A stretch of DNA of 63,144 bases, filler included, from Octopus bimaculoides (Eukaryota): the NCBI RefSeq assembly GCF_001194135.2. It is 4 parts of 4 records of this genome, joined end to end, with 100 filler letters (N's around TTAATTAATTAA, not from the genome) between each part and the next. Parts side by side here need not be neighbours in the genome. Positions count along the whole stretch, not along the records: positions 1 to 18,505 come from NC_069010.1; positions 18,606 to 37,525 come from NC_068984.1; 2 more parts are not named here. One strand, 5' to 3'. The first letter of the stretch is position 1. Each line of letters begins with the position of its first letter. The notes beneath the pieces were generated by a model that was given only the letters and a program-made list of their open reading frames with translations, did not search any database and was not told the DNA's origin. The position numbers and the translations under genes were made by a program. This document shows positions 10,771 to 22,072 of this stretch, in pieces.

Positions 10771-12131
10771 TGTATATATATTATTGTATTTTAATTATAG
10801 AACTTATATTCATCGTCGGCGCGGTTGGCGAGGCTTCGGGTGATCCAGGGAGTACAGTGGAAAATATTAAAATAGGAAAAAAAATAATAATATTGAAAGA
10901 AACCATCTTAGCTTTTGTGTCAGTTTAAAGTACATATAACACTGTCTGCAGTAAGATCGAGGTTATAGATACAAGCTAGCGTTGTTTATATATCTATCGG
11001 GAATCATTCATACTTTGAGAGAGAGAGAGAGAGAGAGAGAGCGAAGAAAACGGTGGAGGGGAAAGATAGTAAGAGACAGAGAGACAGAAACGAAGAGAAT
11101 AAGAGGCAAGATGGCAGAGAAAGAGAGGGAAAAAGATGATGAGAGAGAGAGAGAGAGAGACAGAAAGTTATTGTTGCTACTGCTGCTAATTTAAGGCAGA
11201 TTGAGAACACAAACTTTGTCAGACTCACATTCGCATTCGGACACTTAAAAACGAACACTCCATTCGATCATTTGATAAGGAATACAAGGTAAGTTTGTAT
11301 GCCTCTTCTACCTTGTCGTCACTATTCATCGGTGCGCGCGCGCGCGTCGCTTTGTCTCTCTCTCTCTCCCTCTCCCTCTCCCTCCCTCCTTTTTTCTCTG
11401 CATGTCTTTCTCCTCTACCTCTCTTGCCAAAGCCAACGTCGGGGAACCTGTGTGTGGTCACTCAATTTGCTAGAAGTAGCAGCATTAAAAGAATTTCCCT
11501 CTTATCGTCTTAAAAACCTTCGGACACATTAGATAATGGATAATGTAAAGTAAACGGGATAGTCACGGTTGGCTGGATAGCTTTGATAACAAGGTTCTAC
11601 AAATCTAAACAACAGGTGATGTTTACAAGTCTGGCAAAAGTCAAATTAACGTTCTCTCTTATATAACGGGTCAACTCTACAAGAATCTCTGCACGCTAAA
11701 CATAGCAGCCAGAACACACGATTCATGGAAGCAGTAGAACAAAAAAAGAAAAAGAAGAAAAGAAAATAAACCTTGTGCTGTTTAACACGTTATTTTACTT
11801 TATGTTCTGAGTTCAAATCCTGCCCACGTCAACATTATTTTTTTTTATCTTTCCCAGGATGCTGGGCAGAAGGGGAAAGATACGAGGTTGAAAGATGGAT
11901 CCGATTGATAAATGTACCTATAGATAAAAGGTGTAAGCACTGATGTGTGATTGAGGTGTTCACTTCTCGGCCGCGTAAGTCATGTCCGATGGGCAGATTT
12001 GATCCCACTACGGGGTACCTTGCTCGAGAGTGCAAGCCTGCAAGCTATATTGTGGTAACGTTTGCGATAACCAGTAAGTTGTGAGTGGAGTGGAGGAAAT
12101 ATGGTCTAAGCACCCCTTATAGCCTCTCATA

Positions 12132-12273
12132 GTGGAGGCGCAATGGCCCAGTGGTTAGGGCAGCGGACTCACGGTCATAGGATCGCGGTTTCGATTCCCA
12201 GACCGGGCGTTGTGAGTGTTTATTGAGCGAAAACACCTAAAAGCTCCACTAGGCTCCGGCAGTGCCAACAACA
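12132..12273 (+). mobile_element. Internally deleted SINE D with 13-bp TSD
   Basis: ATAGCCTCTCATA at 12119-12131 and 12274-12286; head joined directly to the GTGCCAACAAC tail. Confidence 0.9.
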
Positions 12274-12479
12274 ATAGCCTCTCATAACTTTTTTATATTT
12301 TGGAATTTTCAGAAAATTTTTGCGAATTTCTTCCCACGAGAATCCATACAATTTTATATATAAAAAATTGTGTGCTATTAAAGGGCGATTTAGCTGTTGT
12401 TTTTAGCACATCTCATGACCATCTGGTACTTTCCTCGTTTCTTTATCATTGACATGTATTGATGTTTTTCAATATTTTG

Positions 12480-12685
12480 TGTGTGTGTGTGTGTGTTTGT
12501 CCCCCCAACATCGCTTGACAACTGATGCTGGTGTGTTTACGTCCCCGTAACTTAGCGGGTCAGCAAAAGAGAAACCGATAGAATAAGTACTAGGCTTTCA
12601 AAGAATAAGTCGATTTGCTCGACTAAAGGTGGTGCTCCAGCATGGCCGCAGCCAAATGACTGAAACAAGTAAAAGAGTAAAGAGT
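12480..12685 (+). mobile_element. SINE family B, 3' half
   Basis: CCCCCCAACATCGCTTGACAAC...GAAACAAGTAAAAGAGTAAA. Confidence 0.85.
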
Positions 12686-13893
12686 ACACCCCAATCCCCT
12701 TCCCTCCCAATTCTATGGCCTTGGACCTCAAACAGGCTATCCACATGCAAGAAATAACAGCCAAATCTCACAAAACTGCAATATTGATATTGAAATTTTG
12801 AAAATGCGATTTAAAAAATTTTTTTTTTTCAGAATCGGATCCTCCATAACCAGAAACGAGGGATTCCATAAAAAAAAACAAAAACAATATATATCCATTT
12901 TCCCGAAAGTTATGACGGAAAAATCGGATCTTGTGAATTTTCCGAAAGTCCTCNNNNNNNNNNNNNNNNNNNNNNNNNNNNNNNNNNNNNNNNNNNNNNN
13001 NNNNNNNNNNNNNNNNNNNNNNNNNNNNNNNNNNNNNNNNNNNNNNNNNNNNNNNNNNNNNNNNNNNNNNNNNNNNNNNNNNNNNNNNNNNNNNNNNNNN
13101 NNNNNNNNNNNNNNNNNNNNNNNNNNNNNNNNNNNNNNNNNNNNNNNNNNNNNNNNNNNNNNNNNNNNNNNNNNNNNNNNNNNNNNNNNNNNNNNNNNNN
13201 NNNNNNNNNNNNNNNNNNNNNNNNNNNNNNNNNNNNNNNNNNNNNNNNNNNNNNNNNNNNNNNNNNNNNNNNNNNNNNNNNNNNNNNNNNNNNNNNNNNN
13301 NNNNNNNNNNNNNNNNNNNNNNNNNNNNNNNNNNNNNNNNNNNNNNNNNNNNNNNNNNNNNNNNNNNNNNNNNNNNNNNNNNNNNNNNNNNNNNNNNNNN
13401 NNNNNNNNNNNNNNNNNNNNNNNNNNNNNNNNNNNNNNNNNNNNNNNNNNNNNNNNNNNNNNNNNNNNNNNNNNNNNNNNNNNNNNNNNNNNNNNNNNNN
13501 NNNNNNNNNNNNNNNNNNNNNNNNNNNNNNNNNNNNNNNNNNNNNNNNNNNNNNNNNNNNNNNNNNNNNNNNNNNNNNNNNNNNNNNNNNNNNNNNNNNN
13601 NNNNNNNNNNNNNNNNNNNNNNNNNNNNNNNNNNNNNNNNNNNNNNNNNNNNNNNNNNNNNNNNNNNNNNNNNNNNNNNNNNNNNNNNNNNNNNNNNNNN
13701 NNNNNNNNNNNNNNNNNNNNNNNNNNNNNNNNNNNNNNNNNNNNNNNNNNNNNNNNNNNNNNNNNNNNNNNNNNNNNNNNNNNNNNNNNNNNNNNNNNNN
13801 NNNNNNNNNNNNNNNNNNNNNNNNNNNNNNNNNNNNNNNNNNNNNNNNNNNNNNNNNNNNNNNNNNNNNNNNNNNNNNNNNNNNNNNNNNNNN

Positions 13894-13941
<48 letters not shown>

Positions 13942-14084
13942 CATATATACATGTGTGTGTTTGAGAGAGAGAGAGAGAGAGAGAGTAAGTGTGTGCGTTG
14001 GTGCTTTTATGTGTGATATTGTTTCAACTTACGATCACAAAATGAAAGTGGAAAATGTGGGATATTATTCATCATTTTCCATGA

Positions 14085-14223
14085 AATTTCATCACTCTGT
14101 GATGCTAAGAAGCTTACTTCCTAACCACTTGGTTCCAAACTCAGTCCCACTTTGTGACACTTTCAGCATGTGTTTTCTACTATGGTAGATGGAAACTGAA
14201 AGAAGTCCGTCATGTATGTATAT
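14085..14223 (+). mobile_element. SINE family B, 5' half running into a gap
   Basis: AAGAAGCTTACTTCCTAACCAC...GGTAGATGGAAACTGAAAGAAG. Confidence 0.75.
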
Positions 14224-14997
14224 NNNNNNNNNNNNNNNNNNNNNNNNNNNNNNNNNNNNNNNNNNNNNNNNNNNNNNNNNNNNNNNNNNNNNNNNNNNNN
14301 NNNNNNNNNNNNNNNNNNNNNNNNNNNNNNNNNNNNNNNNNNNNNNNNNNNNNNNNNNNNNNNNNNNNNNNNNNNNNNNNNNNNNNNNNNNNNNNNNNNN
14401 NNNNNNNNNNNNNNNNNNNNNNNNNNNNNNNNNNNNNNNNNNNNNNNNNNNNNNNNNNNNNNNNNNNNNNNNNNNNNNNNNNNNNNNNNNNNNNNNNNNN
14501 NNNNNNNNNNNNNNNNNNNNNNNNNNNNNNNNNNNNNNNNNNNNNNNNNNNNNNNNNNNNNNNNNNNNNNNNNNNNNNNNNNNNNNNNNNNNNNNNNNNN
14601 NNNNNNNNNNNNNNNNNNNNNNNNNNNNNNNNNNNNNNNNNNNNNNNNNNNNNNNNNNNNNNNNNNNNNNNNNNNNNNNNNNNNNNNNNNNNNNNNNNNN
14701 NNNNNNNNNNNNNNNNNNNNNNNNNNNNNNNNNNNNNNNNNNNNNNNNNNNNNNNNNNNNNNNNNNNNNNNNNNNNNNNNNNNNNNNNNNNNNNNNNNNN
14801 NNNNNNNNNNNNNNNNNNNNNNNNNNNNNNNNNNNNNNNNNNNNNNNNNNNNNNNNNNNNNNNNNNNNNNNNNNNNNNNNNNNNNNNNNNNNNNNNNNNN
14901 NNNNNNNNNNNNNNNNNNNNNNNNNNNNNNNNNNNNNNNNNNNNNNNNNNNNNNNNNNNNNNNNNNNNNNNNNNNNNNNNNNNNNNNNNNNNNNNNN

Positions 14998-15030
<33 letters not shown>

Positions 15031-15096
15031 AGTTGTATACTGCCAACTTAACGTGACAGTCCCAATAAGGGAATATACTACTGCTATTTAAGCCCT

Positions 15097-15782
15097 AGGA
15101 AGCTGGACCACTTCCTGTCGGCCTTGACACATTAAAGAGTATCCGATTTTCTGGAAGTGCAGCTACATCAAGAGATGAGCGGATAGGGCAAATTGGGGAG
15201 AGAAAGTAGGAAAGGGAATGGTGGCAATGATGCAGGAGATCCTAGAGGGGGCAAGACCGGGAGACACAGTAAGAGGAAACTAGTATGTGCTCAAATTGGA
15301 GAATGGGACTATATGGTGTGATGCTAGCAGCATAGCAATAGGGGTTGTACTGGAAATCGGAGGCATTGAAGTGGAGGATGTGGCCTGGCTTTAAAAAGCA
15401 GATGATTACAACCACATCAACATGGCTGAGTTGGATGCAGTACTGAAGGGGGTGAATCTGGCCCTGAAATGGGGGCTGTGCCCCATCGAAATCCAAACTG
15501 ATTCAGCTACTCTGCTTGGCTGGGTAGGATCAGTGATCACCAATGAAAAGTGGGTTTGAAACGAAGGGGCTGCAGAGACATTAGTAAAGCGCCACCTAGG
15601 GGTTCTGAGAGAGCTACCTGCCAAATTTTGGTTTGAAGCCTTCAGAAAATAACAAGGTAGACATTCTAACCAGGGTGAATGAAGATTTGTAGCAGGGGAT
15701 AGCTGTAGTGTGTCGGCCAAGTGATTCTGAACTAAGGAGACTGCATGCTATGCATCATAGGGGCTTGGATAGAACCCTGTAT
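15097..15782 (+). pseudogene. Gypsy-type LTR retrotransposon pol remnant: RNase H plus start of integrase
   Basis: GTIWCDASSIAIGVVLEIGG...INMAELDAVLKGVNLALKWG...IQTDS...NKVDILTRV...LHAMHH...DRTLY, with in-frame stops. Confidence 0.85.
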
Positions 15783-16293
15783 GGATCTTTCTGATTTGAC
15801 GGGCACCACTTGTTTTCTTAACGAACCACTTTCAAACTTGGGATACTGGTAGAATGTGTCATATAAAACATCTTTTTCTCTTAGCCTTCTTAACAAAAAT
15901 TTCTTCTTAATAAGTTATTCACGTTAAATTTAACGTGTTTTTGTAATTTCAACCAATCACTGACGTCTATTCAGCTGAATACAGTTACTGCTGTTTTTGT
16001 AAACAATAATTTTTGCCGGTGTCAAGAGTGTTATTCCCTGTTTAATTATATCATTATTCCCTAGTTAAGAGTTTAGGGTTTTAGGGTTAGGGTCAGGGTT
16101 GGGGTTAGGGTTATGGTTTATGAGTTATAGGGTTTTAGGGTTAGGGTTAGGTTTAGGGTTATGAGTAAGGTTATGGCAAAAATAATCATAACCCTAAAAC
16201 TAACCCTAACTCTAAAACTCGAACCCTAACCCTAAAACCCTAAAGCTAAAACCAGTACAAACGCACGAACGATGTCATAAATAACAGTATCAC
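15783..16293. mobile_element. Unclassified insertion carrying TTAGGG-like and CCCTAA-like arrays
   Basis: Lies between codons DRTLY and LARRVDS of the Gypsy frame; G-rich array about 16074-16170, C-rich array about 16188-16245. Confidence 0.7.
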
Positions 16294-16480
16294 CTTGCCA
16301 GGAGGGTTGACTCCAACGTTACTAGACAACACATTCAAAAGGTGGTTGGGAACTGTAATAGGTGTCAATCCATTGACCCTGCTCCAGGTGTGCAGGAGCA
16401 GGGAAACATCTCGGTAGTGCACAGGTGGAGGCAATTGGTGGTGAATGTGATACTCTGCTGCCAGGGGGATGCATCTCTTA
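16294..16480 (+). pseudogene. Gypsy integrase remnant (continuation)
   Basis: LARRVDSNVTRQHIQKVVGNCNRCQSIDPAP supplies the CxxC half of the HHCC motif. Confidence 0.8.
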
Positions 16481-16484
16481 ATGG

Positions 16485-16712
16485 TCGGCTGTGTGTTTGT
16501 GTTCGGCACCCCACCAACATCGCTTGACAACCGATGCTGGTGTGTTTACGTCCCCGTAACTTAGCGGTTCGGCAAAAGAGAGACCGATACAATAAGTACT
16601 AGGCATCCAAAGAATAAGTCCTGGGTTCGATTTGCTCGACTAAAAGGCGGTGCTCCAGCATGGCCACAGTCAAATGACTGAAACAAGTAAAAGAGTAAAA
16701 GAGTAAAAGAGT
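16485..16712 (+). mobile_element. SINE family B, 3' half
   Basis: Matches the other B copies; tail (GTAAAAGA) three times. Confidence 0.9.
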
Positions 16713-17072
16713 AAGTGGCTAGCATGAAGTGGAGTTGGAAAGCTTCAACGATATTCATAACGCTTTGTCATGTGTTTCCTCTGTGTATGGCATGTGTGGA
16801 GTTGGGTTTCTAAAAGGTTACATATTGTTTAAGTAAGGCTTGCGAACAGTTACTGTGGGCTGGTGCAGGGAGGATCGCTCTGGGGCAGGCTGGTGCAGGC
16901 TGGAATCTGGTGGTGTTAGGAGAGAAGGGAGCCAAAAGTGGTTTAGCATAGTGACACACACATATGGTGTGTTTGGTAAGGAGCTGTTACTGTTGATTGT
17001 ACATTGTGTGATGTATGTGTTTGTATATATATACGTGTGTGTGTATATCTATCTACCCATCCAGACCTCCAT

Positions 17073-17143
<71 letters not shown>

Positions 17144-17864
17144 ATGAAAAATAATAATAAGGCAGAATGCTAAACTGGAAGCATTATTTTTCATTCTGCC
17201 TTATTATTATTTTTCATTTTCCTATCATTTCTCCACGTGTGGTTAACACAACCCCACTATTTACTGACTTATATATATATATATATGTATGTATAATGCT
17301 ACTTACATGAATTTTTGCACGTCTCTCAACCAATCATTGTAAAAAGAATGCAGACGGATATGGTGTAATTGAATATGTTTGAGTGAGTGTGTGTATGTAT
17401 ATATACATGTGTGTGTTTACAGACATATTCGTATATAAATACATTCATACATTCATAACTTACATACATGTGTGTGTGTGAGTGTATTGAGTTATATAGA
17501 TGCAACATGTGATTCGGGGTTTGATGGAATTTTAAAATATAAAACAATAGACAGCCATATGATGTAATATTTTGTAAAAACAGTAATTCCTTTTAAATAA
17601 AATAAATAAAATATCAATTTACAAAACAATGTTTTGCCAATGATGAAATTTATCAGTTAAACTTAATTAAATTCTGTTTAAACTCTCACTCAGATCTGAT
17701 TAGGTTGTTGAATTAATTCGTACCTCATTTCCAAGATTTCACTTTGACAAGTCTGAAAATTCTCTTAAACAGCAGTTTCAGTATGTCCTTGGTGACTGGA
17801 CAGACAGACTGGATTTATATTGATTGGATAAAGAAGCAATTAGATATATTGAGAGACAGACAGA

Positions 17865-18505
17865 TACAGTGTGTAGATATTAAGCCGAGACAGACACAAT
17901 GTGTGGTTGTTGACAGAGTTGACTGACAGAGTGTGTTGATGTTGAATGGATTAAGACAGTGTGTAGATGTCGAGTGGGAAAATAGGCAGTGTGTAGATGT
18001 TCAGTGGACAGATAGACATTGTGTAGATGTTGAGTGGAAAGATAGACACAGTGTGTAGATGTTGAGTGGAAAGATAGAGACAGTGTGTAGATGTTGAGTG
18101 GAAAGATAGACACAGTGTGTGGATGTTGAGTGGAAAGATAGAGACAGTGTGTAGATGTTGAGTGGAAAGATAGAGACAGTGTGTAGGTGTTGAGTGGAAA
18201 GATTGACACAGTGTGTAGATGGTGGAAAGATAGAGACAGTGTGTGGATGTTGAGTGGAAAGATAGAGATAGTGTGTAGATGTTGATTGGAAAGATAGAGA
18301 CAGTGTGTAGATGTTGAGTGGAAAGATAGACACAGTGTGTAGATGTTGAGTGGAAAGATAGACACAATGTGTAGATGTTGAGTGGAAAGATAAATACAGT
18401 GTGCAGATGTTGAGTGGAAAGATAGAGACAGTGTGTTGATGTTGAGTGGAAAGATAGACACAGTGTGTGGATGTTGAGTGGAAAGATAGAGACAGTGTGT
18501 AGATT
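17865..18505. repeat. 32-bp minisatellite, about 20 units, runs into a gap
   Basis: Unit GTTGAGTGGAAAGATAGA(C/G)ACAGTGTGTAGAT, for example at 18029 and 18061. Confidence 0.95.
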
Positions 18506-18605
18506 NNNNNNNNNNNNNNNNNNNNNNNNNNNNNNNNNNNNNNNNNNNNTTAATTAATTAANNNNNNNNNNNNNNNNNNNNNNNNNNNNNNNNNNNNNNN
18601 NNNNN
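18506..18605. other. Artificial 100-bp gap: N44 + TTAATTAATTAA + N44
   Basis: Same structure at 37526-37625 and 47942-48041; the linker has stop codons in all six frames. Confidence 0.95.
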
Positions 18606-18695
18606 AGGGATTCACACAGACAGAGAGACAGACAGACAGACAGACACACAGACAGACAGACACACATTCTCATTTTTATGATATATAGATATATA

Positions 18696-18982
18696 TTGCC
18701 AGTGCCCCTGGACTGGCTCTTGTGCGGGTGGCACATAAAATACACCATTCTGAGCGTGGCCATTGCCAGTACCGCCAGACTGGCCTTCATGCCGGTGGTA
18801 TGTAAAAGCACCCACTACACTCTCGGAGTGGTTGGCGTTAGGAAGGGCATCCAGCTGTAGAAACTCTGCCAAATCAGATTGGAGTCTGGTGTAGCCATCT
18901 GGTTCACCAGTCCTCAGTCAAATCGTCCAACCCATGCTACCATGGAAAGCAGACATTAAATGATGATGATGATGATGATGAT
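18696..18982 (+). mobile_element. RTE 3' end (family A)
   Basis: Two UTR repeat units, core and (TGA)n tail. Confidence 0.85.
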
Positions 18983-18997
18983 ATATATATATATATT

Positions 18998-19123
18998 GTA
19001 CCTTATCTGCTGGATTCAAAGATGAAAGGCAAAGTCGATCTTAGTGAAATTTGAACTCAGAACGTAAAGACAGATGAAATGCTGCTTAGTATTCTGCCCG
19101 GCAAGCTAATGATTTTGCCAGCT
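18998..19123 (-). mobile_element. SINE family C
   Basis: GATGAAAGGCAAAGTCGA...TTTGAACTCAGAACGTAAAGAC. Confidence 0.8.
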
Positions 19124-19214
19124 CGCTACCTTACTACACCTACTACTAATGATGATGACGATGATAATGATGATGAAGATTCATAGATCATACTACATAA
19201 CATGTGAAGTACTA

Positions 19215-19800
19215 TCAAACAAGATGGAATACAAAAATGTGAACTGTCTCTGTTAAAACATTTAGCCATGAGAACACACAGTTGTTATAGAAGGCTACTT
19301 TGTTCGTGCAAGACTGAATATTTTCTTATTTTTAAAGGTAAAACATTACCTAAAGTAGGTATACCCAAAGAGTTTATGCTTATGTCCATTTTAAAGGTTG
19401 AATGAATGAGAAAGGAATGAGAGTGTGGATAAAATGTAGTTCAGGTGCTCTAGTGGACAAGAAAAGAGACCTGCATTATTAGTTCAGAATGGTTTTAGAC
19501 TCACAGGAACAAGCTTGCAAAGATTAAAGTTGGATAACTGAAGACTCAACTGTAATACCAGAAGGTTAAATCAGTTACTTGCAATTGTTATATCTTAACC
19601 AATAAACCATTTACAGGGTTCATTCATAAGGGAAGAGTAAAAAAAGAAGTGGAATTCAGACTCTGAAGTGATAGAAACAAAGAGGAGGAAGTGGTCCACT
19701 CTTACAGAGATGTGTTAGTGAGAAAAAGTTCAGATAATACCTAAAAGATGTAACTACGGAAACATTTTAATCTTTTTGTTGTCATATTTCTTTTTGAAGA
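19215..19800 (+). pseudogene. pogo-like DDE transposase remnant
   Basis: TVSVKTFSHE...LIFKGKTLPK...VHFKG*MNEKGMRVWI...RPALLV...TVIPEG*ISYLQ...NKPF, matching DDE_1 family motifs with frameshifts. Confidence 0.75.
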
Positions 19801-19802
19801 AT

Positions 19803-20092
19803 ATCGTTGCCAGTGCCGATGGACTGGCTCCTGTGCAGGTGACACGTAAAATACACCATTTCGAGTGTGGCCGTCGCCAGTACCCACCTGACTGGCCCTC
19901 GTACCGGTGGCACGTAAAAGCACCCACTACACTCTCGGAGTGGTTGGCGTTAGGAAGGGCATCCAGCTGTAGAAACTCTGCCAAATCAGATTGGAGCCTG
20001 GTGTTGCCATCTGGTTTCACCAGTCCTCAGTCAAATCGTCCAACCCATGCTAGCATGGAAAGCGGACGTGAAACGACAATGATGATGATGAT
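19803..20092 (+). mobile_element. RTE 3' end (family A) interrupting the pogo remnant
   Basis: Two UTR units, core and GAT tail. Confidence 0.85.
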
Positions 20093-20149
20093 AACTGCCT
20101 TTGTTTCAATAAATTTTTAAAATAATGAATTTATTGAAATATTTTTGTT

Positions 20150-20490
20150 GTTATTAGGCAGGTGTTTGGAACATAAACATGGCATTTTGAAGGAAGATTT
20201 TAATTCAGATCACCTTAAAATGGGAAATTTGCATCAGAGAACTAAGTAAGGATAGTTTCAAGTAAGTGGATATCAAAAAGGTTAGAAACATGACATTGGT
20301 AATGCTTTTGAAAGTACTAAGGAGAATTTATTGCTTGAAGGAAATATTGATCCAGTTACTATTGCAGACAATTTTGGTTTTTGAGAGAATAAATATGAAA
20401 GCCAGCAATGCAGATGAGGGTGCAGGCTTTGAGGATAACGATTTACCTTGATCTGGAGATGACAATTTCTTAGGATTTTGTAGACCACAA
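20150..20490 (+). pseudogene. Probable C-terminal part of the pogo transposase
   Basis: HLKMGNLHQR...IGNAFESTKE...FEDNDLP*SGDDNFLGF, an acidic tail. Confidence 0.45.
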
Positions 20491-21386
20491 ATAAATAAAT
20501 CATAATAATGTTTTTTTTTTATATCTATTCTACTCTAATGCTTGCTATACAGTAGCCTATGCAATTCACAGAAATGTCAGTCTCTATTAGAGTGTATTCA
20601 ATTCTCCCTTACCCCGTTACCCACTGAGTTCTGATATAAACAAAATAATTGTTTTATTTGTATATACTGTATCTATAGGAATTTGTTCACATTTATTGTA
20701 CCTTTTTGTTTGCTTTGTAGCCATTTTCTTAACAAAATTCTCAAAAATTGTTTATTGCATTGTTTGCTTTGTCTGCATAGTATTTATACATAACCAATGT
20801 ATGGTATTTCTTTTCATCTGGAGTAAATTCAATTTATTTTCCTCTCAATGTTACTATATATGATTCTATACCTGATTCCAGTATATTGTATTTACATGCA
20901 CAAAGATGTTTGCCCATCAAAGCCATTTTGAAATCACTTTCACTCAATGTATGATGGGACATCATACTAAAACTGTTTTTATCTTCTTCAAAATATCCTT
21001 ACAATAATGGTGAATGCTGCTTTTGCAGAAAGTCTTCTTAAATGTCGACAAATACAATATTTTGTTACACTATTCAAACACACACAAATTAGTTTAGTCA
21101 CTCTGCAACAAAGACTGTTTACTGAAGTGTAATGAATACTTCAATTATACTTCGGATATTCCAACTAGTTAAGAGGATTTTTTTTTTTTTTTTCTTTTTC
21201 AGTTTTTATTCTCTAGTCTAAAGAGATAGGAGCAGAAGCCATAGCTCCACAGATATGTGAAGTCAATGCAGTCAAGATTCAGCTTGATTGTCTGGATTAA
21301 ACCTTAAAAAGACCTTTAGTACATCAGGGATGGTAGGGAAAGAAATACAGTGAGGACAGTAAGAGGGAAAAAAAACAGGAGGTAGG

Positions 21387-21670
21387 ATTTTCGAGCGAGA
21401 TCGTTGCCAGTGCCGCTGGACTGGCACTTGTGCAGGTGGCACATAAAAGACACCATTTCGAGCGTGGCCGTTGCCAGTACCGTCTGACTGGTCTTCGTGC
21501 GGGTGACACGTAAAAGCACCCACTACACTCTCTGAGTGGTTGGCGTTAGGAAAGGCATCCAGCTGTAGAAACTCTGCCAAATTAGATTGGAGCCTGGTGT
21601 TGTCATCCGGTTTCACCAGTCCTCAGTCAAATCGTCCAACCCATGCTAGCATGGAAAGCGGACGTTAAAC

Positions 21671-21700
<30 letters not shown>
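21387..21700 (+). mobile_element. RTE 3' end (family A)
   Basis: Two UTR units, core and long (GAT)n tail. Confidence 0.85.
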
Positions 21701-21701
<1 letters not shown>

Positions 21702-22072
21702 GAGTGAGCTTAAATAGGAGTAATTTATAGGTTGATATTTGAGAAGTATAGGAATCATAGAGAGAAGAGTGCTATTGTTAAACCCCATCAATCCTGTTTG
21801 AGCAGGCCTATGGTCAAAGGAAATCTAGCCATCCTTTTAAAAACATATTCAAGATAACATTACCTCACAGGTCCTGTTGTGATTTGAGCCAGTCTTTGCT
21901 GCTATTTCTAGCTAGTTGAGTAACCACGTAATTACTCTTGTGCACTTGAAGATTGTGTAGAGTGTGTTGGTGGACAAGTGACTGAAGATCTTTGATAACT
22001 GAAAGTTTCCCACTCAGTCTAATGGTATTTTTCTTTATGCAGTCCAGAAAATTTTTTTGAGTATAGCAGCTA

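Noticed and set aside
12737-15091. Long ORFs of 270-400 aa, and similar ones at 1730, 9933, 46309, 49418 and 54102
   Set aside because: They are open only because they run through N gaps and TA/CA microsatellites.
16074-16245. Relic of a true chromosome end-to-end fusion
   Set aside because: The Gypsy integrase frame continues on both sides of the block, so both flanks come from one pre-existing locus.
17880-18461. 193-aa repetitive ORF, and a CRISPR-like look of the 32-bp repeats
   Set aside because: The units are directly adjacent with no unique spacers and no cas genes; the frame is stop-free only because of the repeat unit.
18550-18561. TTAATTAATTAA as a biological homeodomain or PacI motif
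   Set aside because: It always sits centred in an exact 100-bp N block, which marks it as a synthetic linker.
20900-21060. FVDF-KK-F-like RT motif on the minus strand
   Set aside because: It needs a frameshift, and no other RT motif follows.
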